NCBI GenBank assembly: GCA_001938485.1 | Contig: MQRK01236875.1 | Location: 14,134 to 65,562, forward strand | Direction: 5' to 3' | Length of the DNA: 51,429 nucleotides | Source of the DNA: Girardia tigrina | Taxonomy: Eukaryota | Notes under the pieces: model-generated | Told to the model about the DNA's origin: nothing | Database searches by the model: none | What the model saw: the letters and a program-made list of their open reading frames with translations, nothing else | Shown: piece after piece, positions 1 through 13,420 of the stretch | Numbering within the stretch: position 1 is the first letter of the stretch | How the letters are laid out: every line of letters starts with the position of its first letter | Position numbers and translations under genes: made by a program

Positions 1-510
1 TCACGGGTGTCAAAACTCGTACATCGGAGAGACAAATCGTCACCTCAAAACCCGGATTAGCGAGCACTCGCAAATGAGTCGATCGAGTAAGGTTCTTGAT
101 CATTGGTTATGTTGTAAGGGTAGAACCTCATCCATTTCAAAAGATGAGTTTTCTGTTTTACAAAAGGGTTTTGCTTCACATTACGAACGACAGTTTTGTG
201 AATCTCTACTAATAAGACACTACAACCCATCAATTAACATTCAGAATGGGCAAAGTAAGGTTATTTCAATACTTAAAATTTTTAATTAAAATATTCTTTT
301 TGCCATTATTACCCAATAATACTTTGATAAATAATAATAATTAATTTTTTCGTTATCTTTAGAGTAAATATATCTATAAAAAATTGTATTATTCAAACAA
401 TTCAATATTCATATACTAAACATCCAAAAATTGCTGATGATGATGTATGTAAACATAGAAAAATGTCCAATAATTATATAAAAAAAGCTTTAATCAAATT
501 ATATTTTCGA
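1..510 (+). mobile_element. Penelope-like retroelement 3' end (GIY-YIG endonuclease C-terminus plus 3' UTR/pLTR)
   Basis: Frame from nt 2 reads HGCQNSYIGETNRHLKTRISEH...RQFCESLLIRHYNPSINIQ, the PLE GIY-YIG signature (YIGET..L..R..EH, E..LI, IN). A closely related reverse copy lies at 17480-17820. Confidence 0.92.
430..471 (+). ncRNA. Minimal type I hammerhead ribozyme in Penelope 3' region
   Basis: ATTG-CTGATGA-T-GATGT(ATGTAA)ACATA-GAAA-AATG-TC-CAAT: CUGAUGA and GAAA cores, stem II, UC cleavage site, stem I ATTG/CAAT. This copy has a mismatch at the base of stem II. Confidence 0.72.
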
Positions 511-949
511 AATATATATATGTTTATTCAATTTTGCATAAATCGTATTTTGTTTTTGTTTTATTAGTTTTTACAGTCTTTATTAATTTAAAATATAAAT
601 TTAGATCATTAAAATTATTTTAATGGACATGTCCTGTAAAAATTCAGTTCCTAAATAATTTTTCTTTAATTTTAAAAATTCAATTATAAATTATTTTTTA
701 CTGAGAATTTCCGTTGACAATTAAATTCAATAAACATGATTTTTATTTTAAAAAGTGTTACAAGATATGTCAAAATCTTCTTTACAATATTCTTTTACTC
801 TGAAACTGTTATTTTAATTGTGATTTTTTAAACCTAATTTTTTACAAAACTTATTTCATTTTAATTAGTAAAAATATTATTTTTTAATTTATCTCAAATA
901 TAAATGTGATTTTTATTTTAAAAATATCAAAAATTTACAGTTCACCAAA

Positions 950-1600
950 AAGAACCCCTAACAGTCTTATAACGTTTTCTGAGTGTATTCTGAGATGCAT
1001 TCTTTTGTAATAGACATAAATGTGTGTTTTGAGCTTTGCGTTTACTATATATATCAGCTGTTACTGTAATATGCTGCATTGATAATGTGAGGAATATTAA
1101 ATTTATTACACCGTTTCTGTCCAAAAACTCTGTTAAGGTTGTTTCTTTTCATTGTGATGCACTCGATCTGTTAGTTTCATGGACGCTCATTTGGAAATTT
1201 CCATTCTTTGGATTCACGATGAGATTCTGTCAAGTTCATATAAACATTTGTTTCATCAGTTTTTATGTTATTTAATAAACGTTCACACCACTGTTAATGA
1301 AAAATATTAGACGATCTATCATTGTGCCAGTCAAAAACCTGGTTACAAATGCTTAACATTGTCTTAGAATACCCTTATCTTTCACAATTGTTTAAAGGTT
1401 TCCTACACTAATATGAAGACGAAAGGACAACATTTTAAAAGAGATTTTATTCTCATCTTTACATTTTTTTTACTTTAACCATGTTTTCACAGTAGCCTAA
1501 GATAAAATTCATCCTTATGTGTATCTTGAATTTATTTTTTTAGTTGTGTTTCGTCCTTGCTAAACAAAAGACTTCAGTACTCCACTTGATGTATCATCAC
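950..1600 (-). mobile_element. Highly degenerate mariner transposase remnant
   Basis: Broken frames give KTDETNV...ESKEWKFPNERP, EFLDRNGVINLIFL and LLQKNAS, matching mariner TGDETW, FWD..GV and LLHDNA motifs. Confidence 0.6.
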
Positions 1601-1964
1601 GTAACAGAAATTTGAGAATGTGGCACTACAAATAGAAACAACACTAATATATTAAAGCAAATATTTATTGTTAATCTATGTATAACTCTGAAGAAAAGCT
1701 GGATTTTGTCGAACTTTTTTGTGTATGAACGTACCAAATATATATGAATGTTATAGGTTATAATTCTCTTCTTTAAAGTTTTGGACGTGTTTCCTTCAAT
1801 CTGTGACAATCTCTTTCGATTCCCCTATAAAAACCATAAAGAATAATTTTTATTTTTTTCAAAAAATTGTATTTTTCTGCAAACTTTATTGATAAAAAAA
1901 ATAATTTTAGATTATTTTTGATTTTGCATTTTTGCCAAATATTCGATTTTCTTTCATTTGACAG

Positions 1965-2249
1965 AATGATTTTCCCGTTTAATTTACTGCTCTGATTTTA
2001 CAAAGAAAAAGTGACAATGAATTTAATGACTGGTAAACAGAATAATAAATTGCGAAAAATAATAATATTTTTAACAAATTATTTAAAAATATCAATATCA
2101 TGTCGTTAAAAAAAATCTCTAGGGCTCATGAAACAATAAATTGTGAACCGGAAATTGTGACAGATACATTCTGTTGTATGGATAACCACGTACATTTTAC
2201 TACGACTTGGCTCCTAACCTAAATTGTATAATTACGTTGTTTACCATGA
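1965..2249 (+). CDS. Candidate host gene, last two exons (1965-2032, 2123-2249), BAF/BANF-like, if TAA=Gln
   Basis: Splice sites cag|, |gtaaac and tag| join in phase to NDFPV*FTALILQRKSDNEFNDWAHETINCEPEIVTDTFCCMDNHVHFTTTWLLT*IV*LRCLP-TGA. Spacing K-x4-F-x2-W-x3-T-x9-D-x-F-x-C matches the BAF C-terminal half as recalled. TAA at 1980, 2220, 2229. Confidence 0.45.
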
Positions 2250-2608
2250 AAAAATTACAAATATTTTTTATTAATTTTACACTAGAATTTTAGGGACAAA
2301 AATATATAAGAAAAAAGAAGTCAGTTTAGTATGACGATGGAAAGAGAAACAATTATGTTTGGGAGGCTTTCGGGAAACTCTTCTAAATTTTTGAATAAAA
2401 ATCTAAGTAAACAATTTTTACAAATTAATACAATATTTAAATACAAAATTAAATATTAAGTAACTTTTAATTAAAACTATAAAAAATATTTAAAAAGGTG
2501 TTTCAATAACTTAATATAGTTTTTAAAAAATACAAAATAGAAGATTTCAAAAAAAAAATAAAATTAACATTTAATTGAATTATATATTTATATTTACAAT
2601 TTATTTTA

Positions 2609-2686
2609 AGGAATCAGGACTTTTTGGCTCCAAACCCTTTTTGATAAGATGAAAACAATATGGAAACGCTCATATTTTATTTTTGG

Positions 2687-2728
<42 letters not shown>

Positions 2729-3340
2729 TAAATATTTAATAATAAATATTTAATAAAGATTAAAGAATAGTCTTAGCTTTGGCTTTCGTTCCATTGGAAG
2801 ACCTCATCTAAATAATACAAGAGTCAATCCAAAATTTAATTCTGAAATTTGGTCAGTATTTTTTCGGACACTAAATAGGAAGGATAGAACTACTAATTTC
2901 GTTGAAGCGGCACATGGGCATCTTTAGTTGTAATTCGTAATGAATCATCCATCAATTTGGAGATTTATCTCTGGATTGAAAAATGTTTAAAAAAATGATC
3001 GACTTCACTTGGAGTTTATTTGCGGTGATGGACCGTCGGAAAGACGAACCAAATATAAGGCTTTAGACAATAGAATTCATACTATTGTGTCAAGGTATCG
3101 AAACAGAGACTGAATGGAATATCTGCTAGAGATTGCGTCGAACTTATCATTAAATTAAATTTCTCCATTTTAATGATTAACAAACATTATTATCTGTCTT
3201 TAATTTTTAAAATTTTTTATTTATAAAAATTTAAAAGTTTTAAATTTTTATTAAATAAAAAAAATAAATTAAAATAGAAACTTGATTGGCCAAAAAGTCC
3301 GGCACCAAAACGGCGGAGCCAAAATGAATAAGTGTTCCTC
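2609..3340 (+). mobile_element. MULE/Mutator-type remnant
   Basis: RTTNFVEAAH...NHPSIWRFISGLK...YLLEIASNLSL is typical of the animal MULE transposase C-terminus. Ends AGGAATCAGGACTTTTTGGC / GCCAAAAAGTCC...TTCCTC are inverted. Confidence 0.7.
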
Positions 3341-4709
3341 AGAAATTTACTTAAATAAAACTTGTGTGAATATTATGTTATATTGTTGATATTGAACAAA
3401 AGTTTATAAAAATGTCTTTATCTGAGTTTTCAGCAAATCACAGTCACGCACCTCACAATGTTTAAGAATATCGAAAAAAATTATTTGATTCATTCTATCA
3501 TTTTAATATTAATAATTTTATTATATAGACATTATTTGTAATAAACATAATTATTCAGGGTTCAGCAACCTTTTTTGCTTCTAGTCAGAGTGCAGACGTA
3601 TATAATCTAGTGATCATAAATTTATTATCTTTTGAGAAGATATTTGAGAAAATTTATTTTAAAGAAATAACCTTGATTATGTTTTGATCAGAATTTTTGG
3701 TCGTCTTCACTTACTTAATTTAAAATAAGAGATTCAGAGATGATTATTTATTTGCGTTTTAAAATTAAATATCTCTGGAACTGTTACTACTAAGTGATCA
3801 AAGTTTGAACGTATAACATAATATTTTAACCAAAATTTCTGCACTATTTGATTAACAATTAATTTGAACGAACTAAGAAAAAGAATGTACAAATGATTAA
3901 AACTGATAACGATACACAACGAACAAGAAAATTAGTTAATAAGGAACGAATGCAGTTAAAAATTTAGTTAATGGATGGAAATCTCTTCAGCTATCGAATA
4001 CAGGATGTGTTAGATAGCGGGCTAATTTGTGTTTTGAAAAATCGCGATTAATAGCAGTAAAATACGATTGAAGGTAATTAGGCTTCAAGTACGTAGTCAG
4101 AAATAAAAATAATTCTAAAAATTATGTGATCGATCATTCAATCGATTTCTTTTGATCTTATATATTTTAAAATTGCATCATCATATCGACCGTTGGCCGT
4201 TATGAGGAGTAATTAAAAAATGAATTCATAAATAATAATTGTTATGAATTTTTTATGAAATGTTTTTAAAATTTTTGAAATAATAATTGAATCCAAAGTA
4301 TCATTTTAAAATAAAAAAATCAAAAACTAAATAAAGTTATGTTAACTATGATAAAATTTTGTAAATTTAAATAAAAAAATAAAATTATTTAATTGTCAGA
4401 AATTAAAAAATGTCAAATTGATTATTAATACTATATTTATTTTTATTATACCGGTTTGAGATTTATGAAATAAATAGTTCCTCAAAAGTAAAAAAAATAA
4501 ATGAATTTAATTTCGATTAAATTTGTTTAAATAAAATGTATTTGACATTTTTTTGTAGATAAATAAAATTTGAAAATCTGATGTCAGCTTTTAATATTGA
4601 TAGCGTGGAAGATGTTCCAAAAACATCTAACATGGCTAATTTAATATAGTAAAATAAAAAATAAATAATTTTTAATAAATAAATTAAATAAATTTATAAT
4701 AACAAAATA

Positions 4710-4811
4710 ATGGATGTATTTAATACTAACAATTTGTATTGGGTCAAGGTAAAAATATAAGTTTAAGATATATAATAATGATACTGGATTATTCTTTAAT
4801 CTAACATAAGT

Positions 4812-4855
<44 letters not shown>

Positions 4856-5197
4856 AGTATGAATTTTGTGTAAGTAAGATATATGATCACGATATAAAGA
4901 GGTGTTTATATACTAAATATTTTGAAAATGCAAATTTGGATTGGAACGCTCAGTTGTATTCTGAACTTTCTGAACTCATTTTGTTCTAAGGTGAATTAAC
5001 AAAACTAATTTGGACCCCGACATTTTTAGAAAAAATCGAACGCCATTTAGACAATTGGGAAAAAAATAAACAGAATCAGAAAAGTAAACTGAATCAATAC
5101 TTAGATATTTGAAATTAAATGAGATCCCCTTCATCCTTCTTTTTTGTCTCAGAAACATTTTCAGACATGATCAGATTAATATATCAGAATAGAACAA
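4710..5197 (+). CDS. Candidate host gene of unknown function (exons 4710-4748, 4768-4809, 4858-5197) with in-frame TAA
   Basis: ATG plus two phase-0 GT-AG introns (19 and 48 nt) give MDVFNTNNLYWVKIYNNDTGLFFNLT*YEFCVSKIYDHDIKRCLYTKYFENANLDWNAQLYSELSELILF*GELTKLIWTPTFLEKIERHLDNWEKNKQNQKSKLNQYLDI-TGA(5110). The frame stays protein-like to a GT at 5198. Confidence 0.55.
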
Positions 5198-6389
5198 GTA
5201 AAGATATTAAATATTAATATTAAATATTTTCAAATAAAAAAATGATAATAAATAAATAAATAATAATTATTTTTCAAGACAATTTAAACTAAATAAAAGT
5301 TTAATTAAATTAATTTTTAAATATGGGGCTAATGTTGGACTGAGTCCAGCCTCACTAGACCGAAAAGGAGGAGGAAGAGTAGTTTCAATTACTTTTATGT
5401 TTCTGGTTAGTCTAAGACGAATTAACAAAATGTGGGTCGTAATTTGACACTATAAAACAAGTATGGGTTAAAGTAATTAATTGTTAAATGACTTCGGGCT
5501 TATAAGAACACATTGCGTCCAGATTTTAACTATAAATGTGATTTTACAGCCGCTACGTTCATGGAGTCTGCACATACATATTGATTTTTTTCATCAGGGT
5601 TCCATTGTAAAGTAATAAGTGTAGATTTTATTTGAACATTTCAGAGAACCCTGTTAAAAATTGAAATAATAATTGAAAAAAATATTATTTCAGGAGTAAT
5701 CATTAAGAACATTAGTATGATTTCTGTCATTTTTATTAATAAAACTACGTGGTTGAATTGCTCTTCAGACAATGATTAACAAAACTCTAAGAGGTGTAAA
5801 TTGTTCTAGATTAAAATATATATTTCAAATTATGTGAATCGATAAATTTGACATAAATATCTTTTAAATATTAGAAATTTTATTTGTTTAAATTAAAATA
5901 AATATTAATTATTTTTAAAAATATTAATTTATATTATACATTTAAAATTTTAATTTAAATTAAAAATCAGTAAAAATTTAATAATGATGTTAAATTTAAA
6001 ATAAATTTCATCAATCAATCTAAAATTAAATTAAATTGGTTTCGGATAACAAGAATTGAAATACTAATGATCCATCTGGGTACGAGAGACAATTCAAAAT
6101 CAACCTACAACATTCAAATACCAAACATCAAACATTCAAAATATTCCTCAGTAATAAATATTATTATTATTTTATTCGATTCTTTTTTATATTTTAAAAA
6201 TAACGCTAGCAAAAGAATCAAAGAATCCTTTGATTCTTATTAAAAAAATCTTTTTATTTAAACTTATCTTTCGTTTTTACAGTTCTATTCAAAAACTGTA
6301 CAATCTTCTTGGTAAAAAATATAATTCAAATAAAATTGACGTGGCGAGTGTACAAAAAGTCCATTTTTGCATATTTAAATATTTTTATA

Positions 6390-7613
6390 TTAGGTTGGTC
6401 GAAAAATAATGGCGGTTTTGGGACACAAACTTCAAAGACGTGCAAATTCACAGAAACAAAAGTTTATTAATAAAAGTATGAACCGTTGGCATCAATACAT
6501 TTTTGCCAACGAGAAACAAGTTGTTTTATTCCATCAGCATAAAATGCATCGGTTCTCGAAGCGACAAATTCTTGAAAAGCATTTTGAGCATCATTTTGGT
6601 TTTTGAAAATTTTTTCACGTAGGAAGTTGTACAAATGTCAGAAAAAGTAGAAGTCCGTTGGCGAAAAGTCTGGTGAATATGGTGGGTGAAGCAGGGTTTC
6701 ATAGCCCAACTCATTAAGCTTTTGAAGAGTCACTTTTGAAATATGATGTCTAGCGTTATCATGAAGAATGATGGAACTTTTTCGATTGACCAATCCCGGA
6801 CAAAGGGTTTTCAATTTTTTATGCATTTCATCAATTTCATAACAGCACCTCTCCGCTGTGATTGTTTCACCTGGATTCAAGAAACTATAGTGGATGATTC
6901 CAGCATCACACCACCAAACTGTCACCATAACCTTACGGGGTGTTAGTTNNNNNNNNNNNNNNNNNNNNNNNNNNNNNNNNNNNNNNNNNNNNNNNNNNNN
7001 NNNNNNNNNNNNNNNNNNNNNNNNNNNNNNNNNNNNNNNNNNNNNNNNNNNNNNNNNNNNNNNNNNNNNNNNNNNNNNNNNNNNNNNNNNNNNNNNNNNN
7101 NNNNNNNNNNNNNNNNNNNNNNNNNNNNNNNNNNNNNNNNNNNNNNNNNNNNNNNNNNNNNNNNNNNNNNNNNNNNNNNNNNNNNNNNNNNNNNNNNNNN
7201 NNNNNNNNNNNNNNNNNNNNNNNNNNNNNNNNNNNNNNNNNNNNNNNNNNNNNNNNNNNNNNNNNNNNNNNNNNNNNNNNNNNNNNNNNNNNNNNNNNNN
7301 NNNNNNNNNNNNNNNNNNNNNNNNCCCTTGCCAAACGCTTTATTGATATTGCGAGCCGTTTCTGCTGCTTTACGACCCAGTTTAAATTCGTACAAGAAAA
7401 TTGCTCGAATTTTAATTTTTTCCATTATTAATTTAACACCGTACATATTCTAAAAAATAACAGCAATATGTTAATAATGGCTATAGGAATATACAGCTAG
7501 GCATAAGATTTCAAATAATATCTAACACTAATGCATTTAAACTTATATACATATCAAAGTAGATAAACAAAGTATAAAGCTCAAAAACCGCCATTATTTT
7601 TCGACCAACCTAA
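6390..7613 (-). mobile_element. Mariner transposon, near full length (assembly gap inside)
   Basis: Perfect 30-bp TIRs TTAGGTTGGTCGAAAAATAATGGCGGTTTT flanked by TA. Transposase motifs IRAIFLYEFKLG, VWW, HDNAR, HPPYSPDFSPTDF, RWQKCIDANGSYF. Confidence 0.97.
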
Positions 7614-7839
7614 TATTTTTTATATTGTAGTGACTACATTTGAAATGCAAAATACCAAAATTATGATTATCTAAAAGAAAAATAATTTTTTTAAAAATAT
7701 TAATTAAGTATACTAAAATGGCTTTATAAATAATTTATAATAACACAACAAAAATACTTGTTGTTTCAATAAGAATAAAAATTTTGGTAATAACAAAAAT
7801 CAAATTTCGTCTGAGATTATTTTTAACGATTATAATTGG

Positions 7840-8261
7840 TCCACGAACGTCATCTCGGTTCAAATGGATGACGAATGCCGAAATCGGGAAATAATCGAAT
7901 ATCACTCGGTGCTGATTTATGTATTGGAGTCATATCGCCTAACAAAATATATATTAAAATTTTTTTATGTATATAATAATTGTCTGAAATCTTAGGTAGT
8001 TTGTTTGTTGGTTTTTTAATCACGCTATAATCAAAGTGTGTAAAGTGGGAGGAACCGAGTGAGGACGTGGTCAATCTGGATAGCTCATATTGAAACGGGT
8101 TTGTCAGTGCAGTACCTTTGCTAAAGGACGCTCGGAAGCTGACGAAATCGGCCGAAAACTTGGCTGGTCGACCGACTGTTAAATCATTAATGAATTTTGA
8201 TAAGAAACTTTCAAAGACGAAAATTTAGCTCCCCCGTCATACATGACGGGTCTTTTGCTAG
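7840..8261 (+). mobile_element. Helitron-type 3' terminus (non-autonomous; 5' end uncertain)
   Basis: Hairpin CCCGTCAT-AC-ATGACGGG (8233-8250), then CTAG (8258-8261) 7 nt later, followed by T. Confidence 0.75.
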
Positions 8262-8319
8262 TATCATATATTTTCTTATATTTTAAACAAAAAATCCTTT
8301 TAACTAAATTTTCTTTACT

Positions 8320-9090
8320 TCCCACTTTTAACATTGAGATTACAAGAACTTATGGTTCTTCAGAAAATCTTCGGCGTATAATTTAGGTAATAGACGTCTA
8401 AAGTGAAAATAAAATAATATTAAAAAAAAATAATTTCGAAAAATTGTTAATTCTTTAGACTTTTTTTTAATAGTAAAAGCCAAATCAAAGAATTTTATCA
8501 ACAATTGAATCGTAATATTTCCTCTGAAGAAAAACGAAAATCTTTAGAAAAAACTGGTTTGAATTTCATAGAAAAATAATTGGTATTTTTCTTTCGTATT
8601 TCCTTTTCTCAAAGCAAATTCTAAGTAAATATTTCCCCGGGCAAAAATTTAATTCTTCAAATTAGAGTCAATTAATAAAGTTCTTGTCTGATTAAATCGA
8701 CGTTGTTAATAATTAATTTATTCTTTCAATTTATTTTTTAAAAATTTAGTTTATCTTTTTTTAGGTTTGGAAAACGTTTCGATTTTCCATGGAAATTTTT
8801 CTTTTGCCTAAAGCAAAATTTGATTTTAGGTGACTAAACGGTGTATTTTCGTGACCTTAAACCGGGAATAATTCCTCGGCGTTTGCCACCGATCGGATCC
8901 AGCTGTTCGTTCAGTCTCTTTTGCTGGTGTTTCTATTCAGATTATATCAATTTCTGGAGTTTATTTCGCCTGACAAATCGAGTTTTTGACATGAATTTAC
9001 AGATTTTCCATTCCGACATCGGTTTCGATTCCGGATTTGTTTATGACATAAATTCGGGATAAATATACGACTTTTCCAAGATTTACACAT
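8320..9090 (-). CDS. Possible multi-exon host gene with in-frame TAA/TAG, unknown product
   Basis: Minus frames free of TGA for over 100 codons, e.g. KLQKLI*SE*KHQQKRLNEQLD, and an AG/GT-bounded exon RLLPKLYAEDFLKNHKFL*SQC*KWE. Frame choice is ambiguous. Confidence 0.3.
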
Positions 9091-10180
9091 CTAATAAATA
9101 TTTTATGAGATTTGGTTTTAATTAATATTAAAATACAGAAATTTACATTTCTCTTTCGTAAAAGAAATTGAAGCTTAAACGCGATTCATTTTATAGAATA
9201 TTTATGGTGTATATTTGGTTCGTGATTAAAATTAGAAGTCATAATTTTGTAAACTTTATTTCTACTACAAATTTCATTATTGAAACAAATTTATGAGGAA
9301 CAATATCTTAATTACATGATCCAGATCTCAAAATTCTAAATATAAATAATAATATCGATAAATATATAAATATGTTATTTTATTCAATTTTGATTTTTTT
9401 TTATTTTAAATCACGCGATTATAAATTATTTCTTTTTAATTTGTTTTTTAATAAAATTGCAAAAATAATTTACCAATTTAAAATACAAAAATATTTAGCA
9501 ATTTTTAAATTTATTATTATTTAATAGAGATTCATTAATTATAAAATTTTTAATATATATATATATCTATATTTTATCTATTATTTATCGAATTTTAATT
9601 TGCAGAATTTCCAACTGCCTTTNNNNNNNNNNNNNNNNNNNNNNNNNNNNNNNNNNNNNNNNNNNNNNNNNNACAAAAATTTTAACAAAAAATTCTTCCG
9701 AATAACTCTTAAAATAAATGCTAAACAATTAAAATTCAATTATTTATGATATTAACTTTTTTAAAATTAATTAAGATTTTTTTACTAATAATTGTTTAAA
9801 ACTTTTGATTTTATTTTAGAGATTATTTATAACAATTAATTATTTCCAAAATTTAAAGAATGAGCTTGTTCTTTTTTTTAAGAATTTAAAAGGTTTTTAT
9901 TTTAAAGAATTATTTCATTTTAATTAATCGAACATTATTTTTAATTTACTTAAAATACAAATATGATTTTTAAAAAATATCAAAAATTTAAAGTTCATCA
10001 AAAGTAACCCCAACAGTGTATAATAAACATTTTTCTATTTGGTTTTGGAATTTTCAAAGAAATATATAATTTGATGAAAAATCGATGATAAATCTGTCGG
10101 GAAATTTTTTAAAATTAATTTTACAAAATAATTAAATTTTTAATTTTAATTAATCAATTTTGAAAATTACAGAAATATTA

Positions 10181-11394
10181 TTAGGTTGTCAAATATGAAA
10201 ATTGTAGAACTAAAGTCAAAGTCCATTGATAATTTACCACTACAGATATTCACGTCATTCATCAAAGTTTGCACCCATATTATTGATACACCTTTGCCAT
10301 TTGAGGCGGTAGCTTGTTGAGGCCATTTGAATAAAAAATATAGCGAGCAAGAATTTTTAAATGGTCATCTTTACGACATCTGTGAAATTAATTTTTTTCC
10401 TATTAAAAAGTTATTCGAATTGAGGAAGAAACAGTAGTCTGTAAGGGTTACAGCTAAGTCTGGTGAATATGGATGATGATGCAGTAATTCCCACTCAAGT
10501 TCCTGTAGTTTTGTACTGTCGTAAGTGCACCATGGGAGTCGACGTGTTTACCAAACACGGCTGTTTTTCTTTGATTTTCCAAATTATATTTTCAATTAGT
10601 TTGTCTCTATACATCTGCTGTGATCGACTAACCAGGTTTCATTAATCCATGAAGGATTACACCTGCCGAAAACCATCAAACACTCACCATCAGCCTTTTT
10701 GATAAATGTTATGTTTTGGACCGCATTTTGGTGCTTCATTCGTGTTCAATCAGCTTGAAGAGAGTTTGAAATTATTATTTTCTATCTTCTTTTAATCACA
10801 GGTGGCGATATGATTCAAAAAGTGATCAAATTTATAATGAGAAAGCATGATCAAGCAAGCATCCAAACACTTTTGTTTCTGCATTTAATTCAACGCATGG
10901 GAAATTCACTTATCCAACTTTTTCACTTTATCAATTTCAGCCAAGTGATTAAGTATTAATTGCGGTGTAAGAGAAAATGTTAGCCATTTATCATGAACCC
11001 TTTGTAATGGATCCAACTCAACAGTTATCTTCAGTTCGTCATTGTCTGTCTGTGTTCCTAGGTGACTTCGAGACTCATTATTGAGAAAAAAATTACCTAT
11101 CACAAATTTCCTGAATCAGCCTGCGAATGTCTGCTGCGTAGCGGCACTGCATCCGACTACACTGTTGATGTTTCGTGTGGTGTCTGATGCTGAGGTTCCA
11201 CATAGGATCTCGTACTTCATGGAAGTTCGAATTTCTGCCTTTCTATTACTTTAAATACTGATATATTAAACAAGTTATCAATAATTTTAATTATTTAAGA
11301 TATGTAGCGATCAAATAAAAAAATCTGAGCAAGAAATTATAACTATTTGAATTCATTGTACTCATGCATACGAATTTCATACATGACAACCTAA
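10181..11394 (-). mobile_element. Degenerate full-length mariner
   Basis: TIRs TTAGGTTGTC...TATGAAATT / AATTTCATA...GACAACCTAA with TA flanks. Fragments KVKKLDK, LMVSV*W, WQRCINNMGANFDE-TGA. Confidence 0.9.
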
Positions 11395-11653
11395 TATATT
11401 AATTATTTTATAAAATTAGAATTTATATATAAATATATGCAAATATATATGTATATATATATTAGCATTGTAGAGTGAAACAATTTTTCAGTTGAGATGA
11501 TCAAGATGTTTTGTGTTTTTTAATTGGGTTCGTTTCTTTTTGTACTTCAATTGAGATTTGTCCTGCAATTATTTTATTTTAATCAAATAAATTGGAATAT
11601 TTTCTTTAGATTTATTTTTTTTAAACTGGATCTTTTGATTTTTTGTTCTAGTC

Positions 11654-11783
11654 CATAGGTTCCCAAAGTGATCTACATGTGCGAAAAAAATGGGTGTCTG
11701 TTGTTTTTCTTAGCAGGGGGTCTACTCAAAACCAAAAATCATGGCAAGGGGTCTATGAGTGAAAAAAAGTTTAGGAACCTTTG
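11654..11783. mobile_element. 130-bp hAT-type MITE
   Basis: Imperfect TIRs CATAGGTTCCCAAA / TTTAGGAACCTTTG and a perfect 8-bp TSD TTCTAGTC (11646-11653, 11784-11791). Confidence 0.88.
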
Positions 11784-12789
11784 TTCTAGTCTTTGTATGT
11801 TACCAACGTATTTATTTCAATTATTTTATTTAGTTATTAATTTCTTATGCACTTCCTAAATACTTAAATTCATAATTTAAAAGTCCAAGTATCAATAAAA
11901 ATATAAATTTAAAATAAACGCGTATAGAAAATGTCTAGAAATTGTAAATGATACATTCACCACGGTCGTCGAAGTCCTAGAAAGAGTGAGGAATGTGATA
12001 CAAAATCAAACTACTTCCTTCTCAAAAAGTTTTAAATGACTTATTATTTTTTAAAAACGTAATATAATAATAATTTTATTAAGTTATTTTATAAAAAACA
12101 ATCTGAAACGTATAAAAACAAGTTTAACAAATCTGAGAATATTGTTTCATTTATGCTGCTGAACGAAAACGATGTGACAAATAAGTTCCATTGTTAAATT
12201 CAGCTGCGATTGTTTCCATAAAATGCATAATATTTTTTTAAGTTAGGCTTTAAATGGATAATAAATCGTAAAGTAAATGTTTATTTTAATACAGTAATAA
12301 AAACATTTTGCCAAAACGATTTACCAAACTTTGTGAAAGAAAATTCATTTAAAAACTTTTGTTGTTTGAAATTCTATGTTTATTTTTATTGAATTTTACA
12401 CTGAATAATTCTTTAATATTTTTTATTTATTCAGAAATTTATGATTAAATATCACGTACATATTATTTAATAATGTATAAAAATATTATATAAAATAATA
12501 ATAATTAATATTGAATGAAAGAACATTACAATTACCGTGATGTCCAACTTACCCTAAAATATAATAAAAGTACTCTTTTATAGTACAAGTGCTTATTGCC
12601 ACTCAAAACTCTTTTCTTTACTCTCTTTGATTTTGTTCTCATTTTTAGATTTTCTTTAATCACAACTTTGTCAAAATTAAAAAAAAACATGGAAATTATT
12701 TATTACATTCTCTGTTTTTTTGCAAAACAATACTGGAAATTTATAAATTTTTTTTATAAGTAAAAGGAAAATAAAAAAGAAGCAAACAA

Positions 12790-13420
12790 CGTGCCAAGAT
12801 TACACAGTGAACGTTATATGTCTTTCAATGATAAAAGAAATTTTTTAATTCAGAAACGAAACCTACAGATGTAAGTATAAAAACATCTTCTCTCGAAGAC
12901 AAATGTTTTGAAGCGTTTGGTGTAGTGCAGAAACCTCTAGAATTGGTCTCTTTAGCGGAAGAAAATGTTATTTTTCCTAAGATGTTTACCCTATTTGTAA
13001 ACCTCCAGTCAAATATGCGTTAGGAGGTAACAAATAGAAGCGTTTCATCCATGCTGCTTTTCCACAACCGTAAAATATGGTAGTGATTTTGTGATGATCT
13101 GGTGTGTTATTTCTTTTAAATCCGTCGGACAATTATTACATTTCATGGAAGAATCAATAATAATGACTATTTCCGGAGGAGAACATAATCTTTTTAAGAT
13201 GGTAATACATCAAGCCATACTGTTTGAATTCTTTCAGAATGGCACAAGAAACATTTTAGGAAGTATGAGCAATATACACATGAATATATGGAACATTGAC
13301 TATTACGCAATTTATCATTTTTTAAGAAACTTTAATTTGATTGGACAACTCATTTTGGAAATTGAAGCCTTCTTTTCTGTCATTTAAAACCATGCTTAAA
13401 TGTCCAAAGTGAAATGTCAA
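12790..13420 (+). mobile_element. Degenerate Tc1-like transposase remnant
   Basis: TVKYGSDFVMIWCVISFKSVGQL resembles the Tc1 TVKHGGGSVMVWGC..GVG.L motif. Confidence 0.7.

Noticed and set aside
1597-1830. Apparent dynein heavy chain C-terminal or GIY-YIG similarity
   Set aside because: Splice phases do not fit and the downstream part is better explained as a decayed mariner.
3559-4208. TAA TAG CAG TAA run (4049-4060) suggesting poly-Gln in a long exon
   Set aside because: All frames look equally protein-like once stops are ignored, stop density is near random, I found no GC periodicity by hand count, and the start resembles a hAT TIR.
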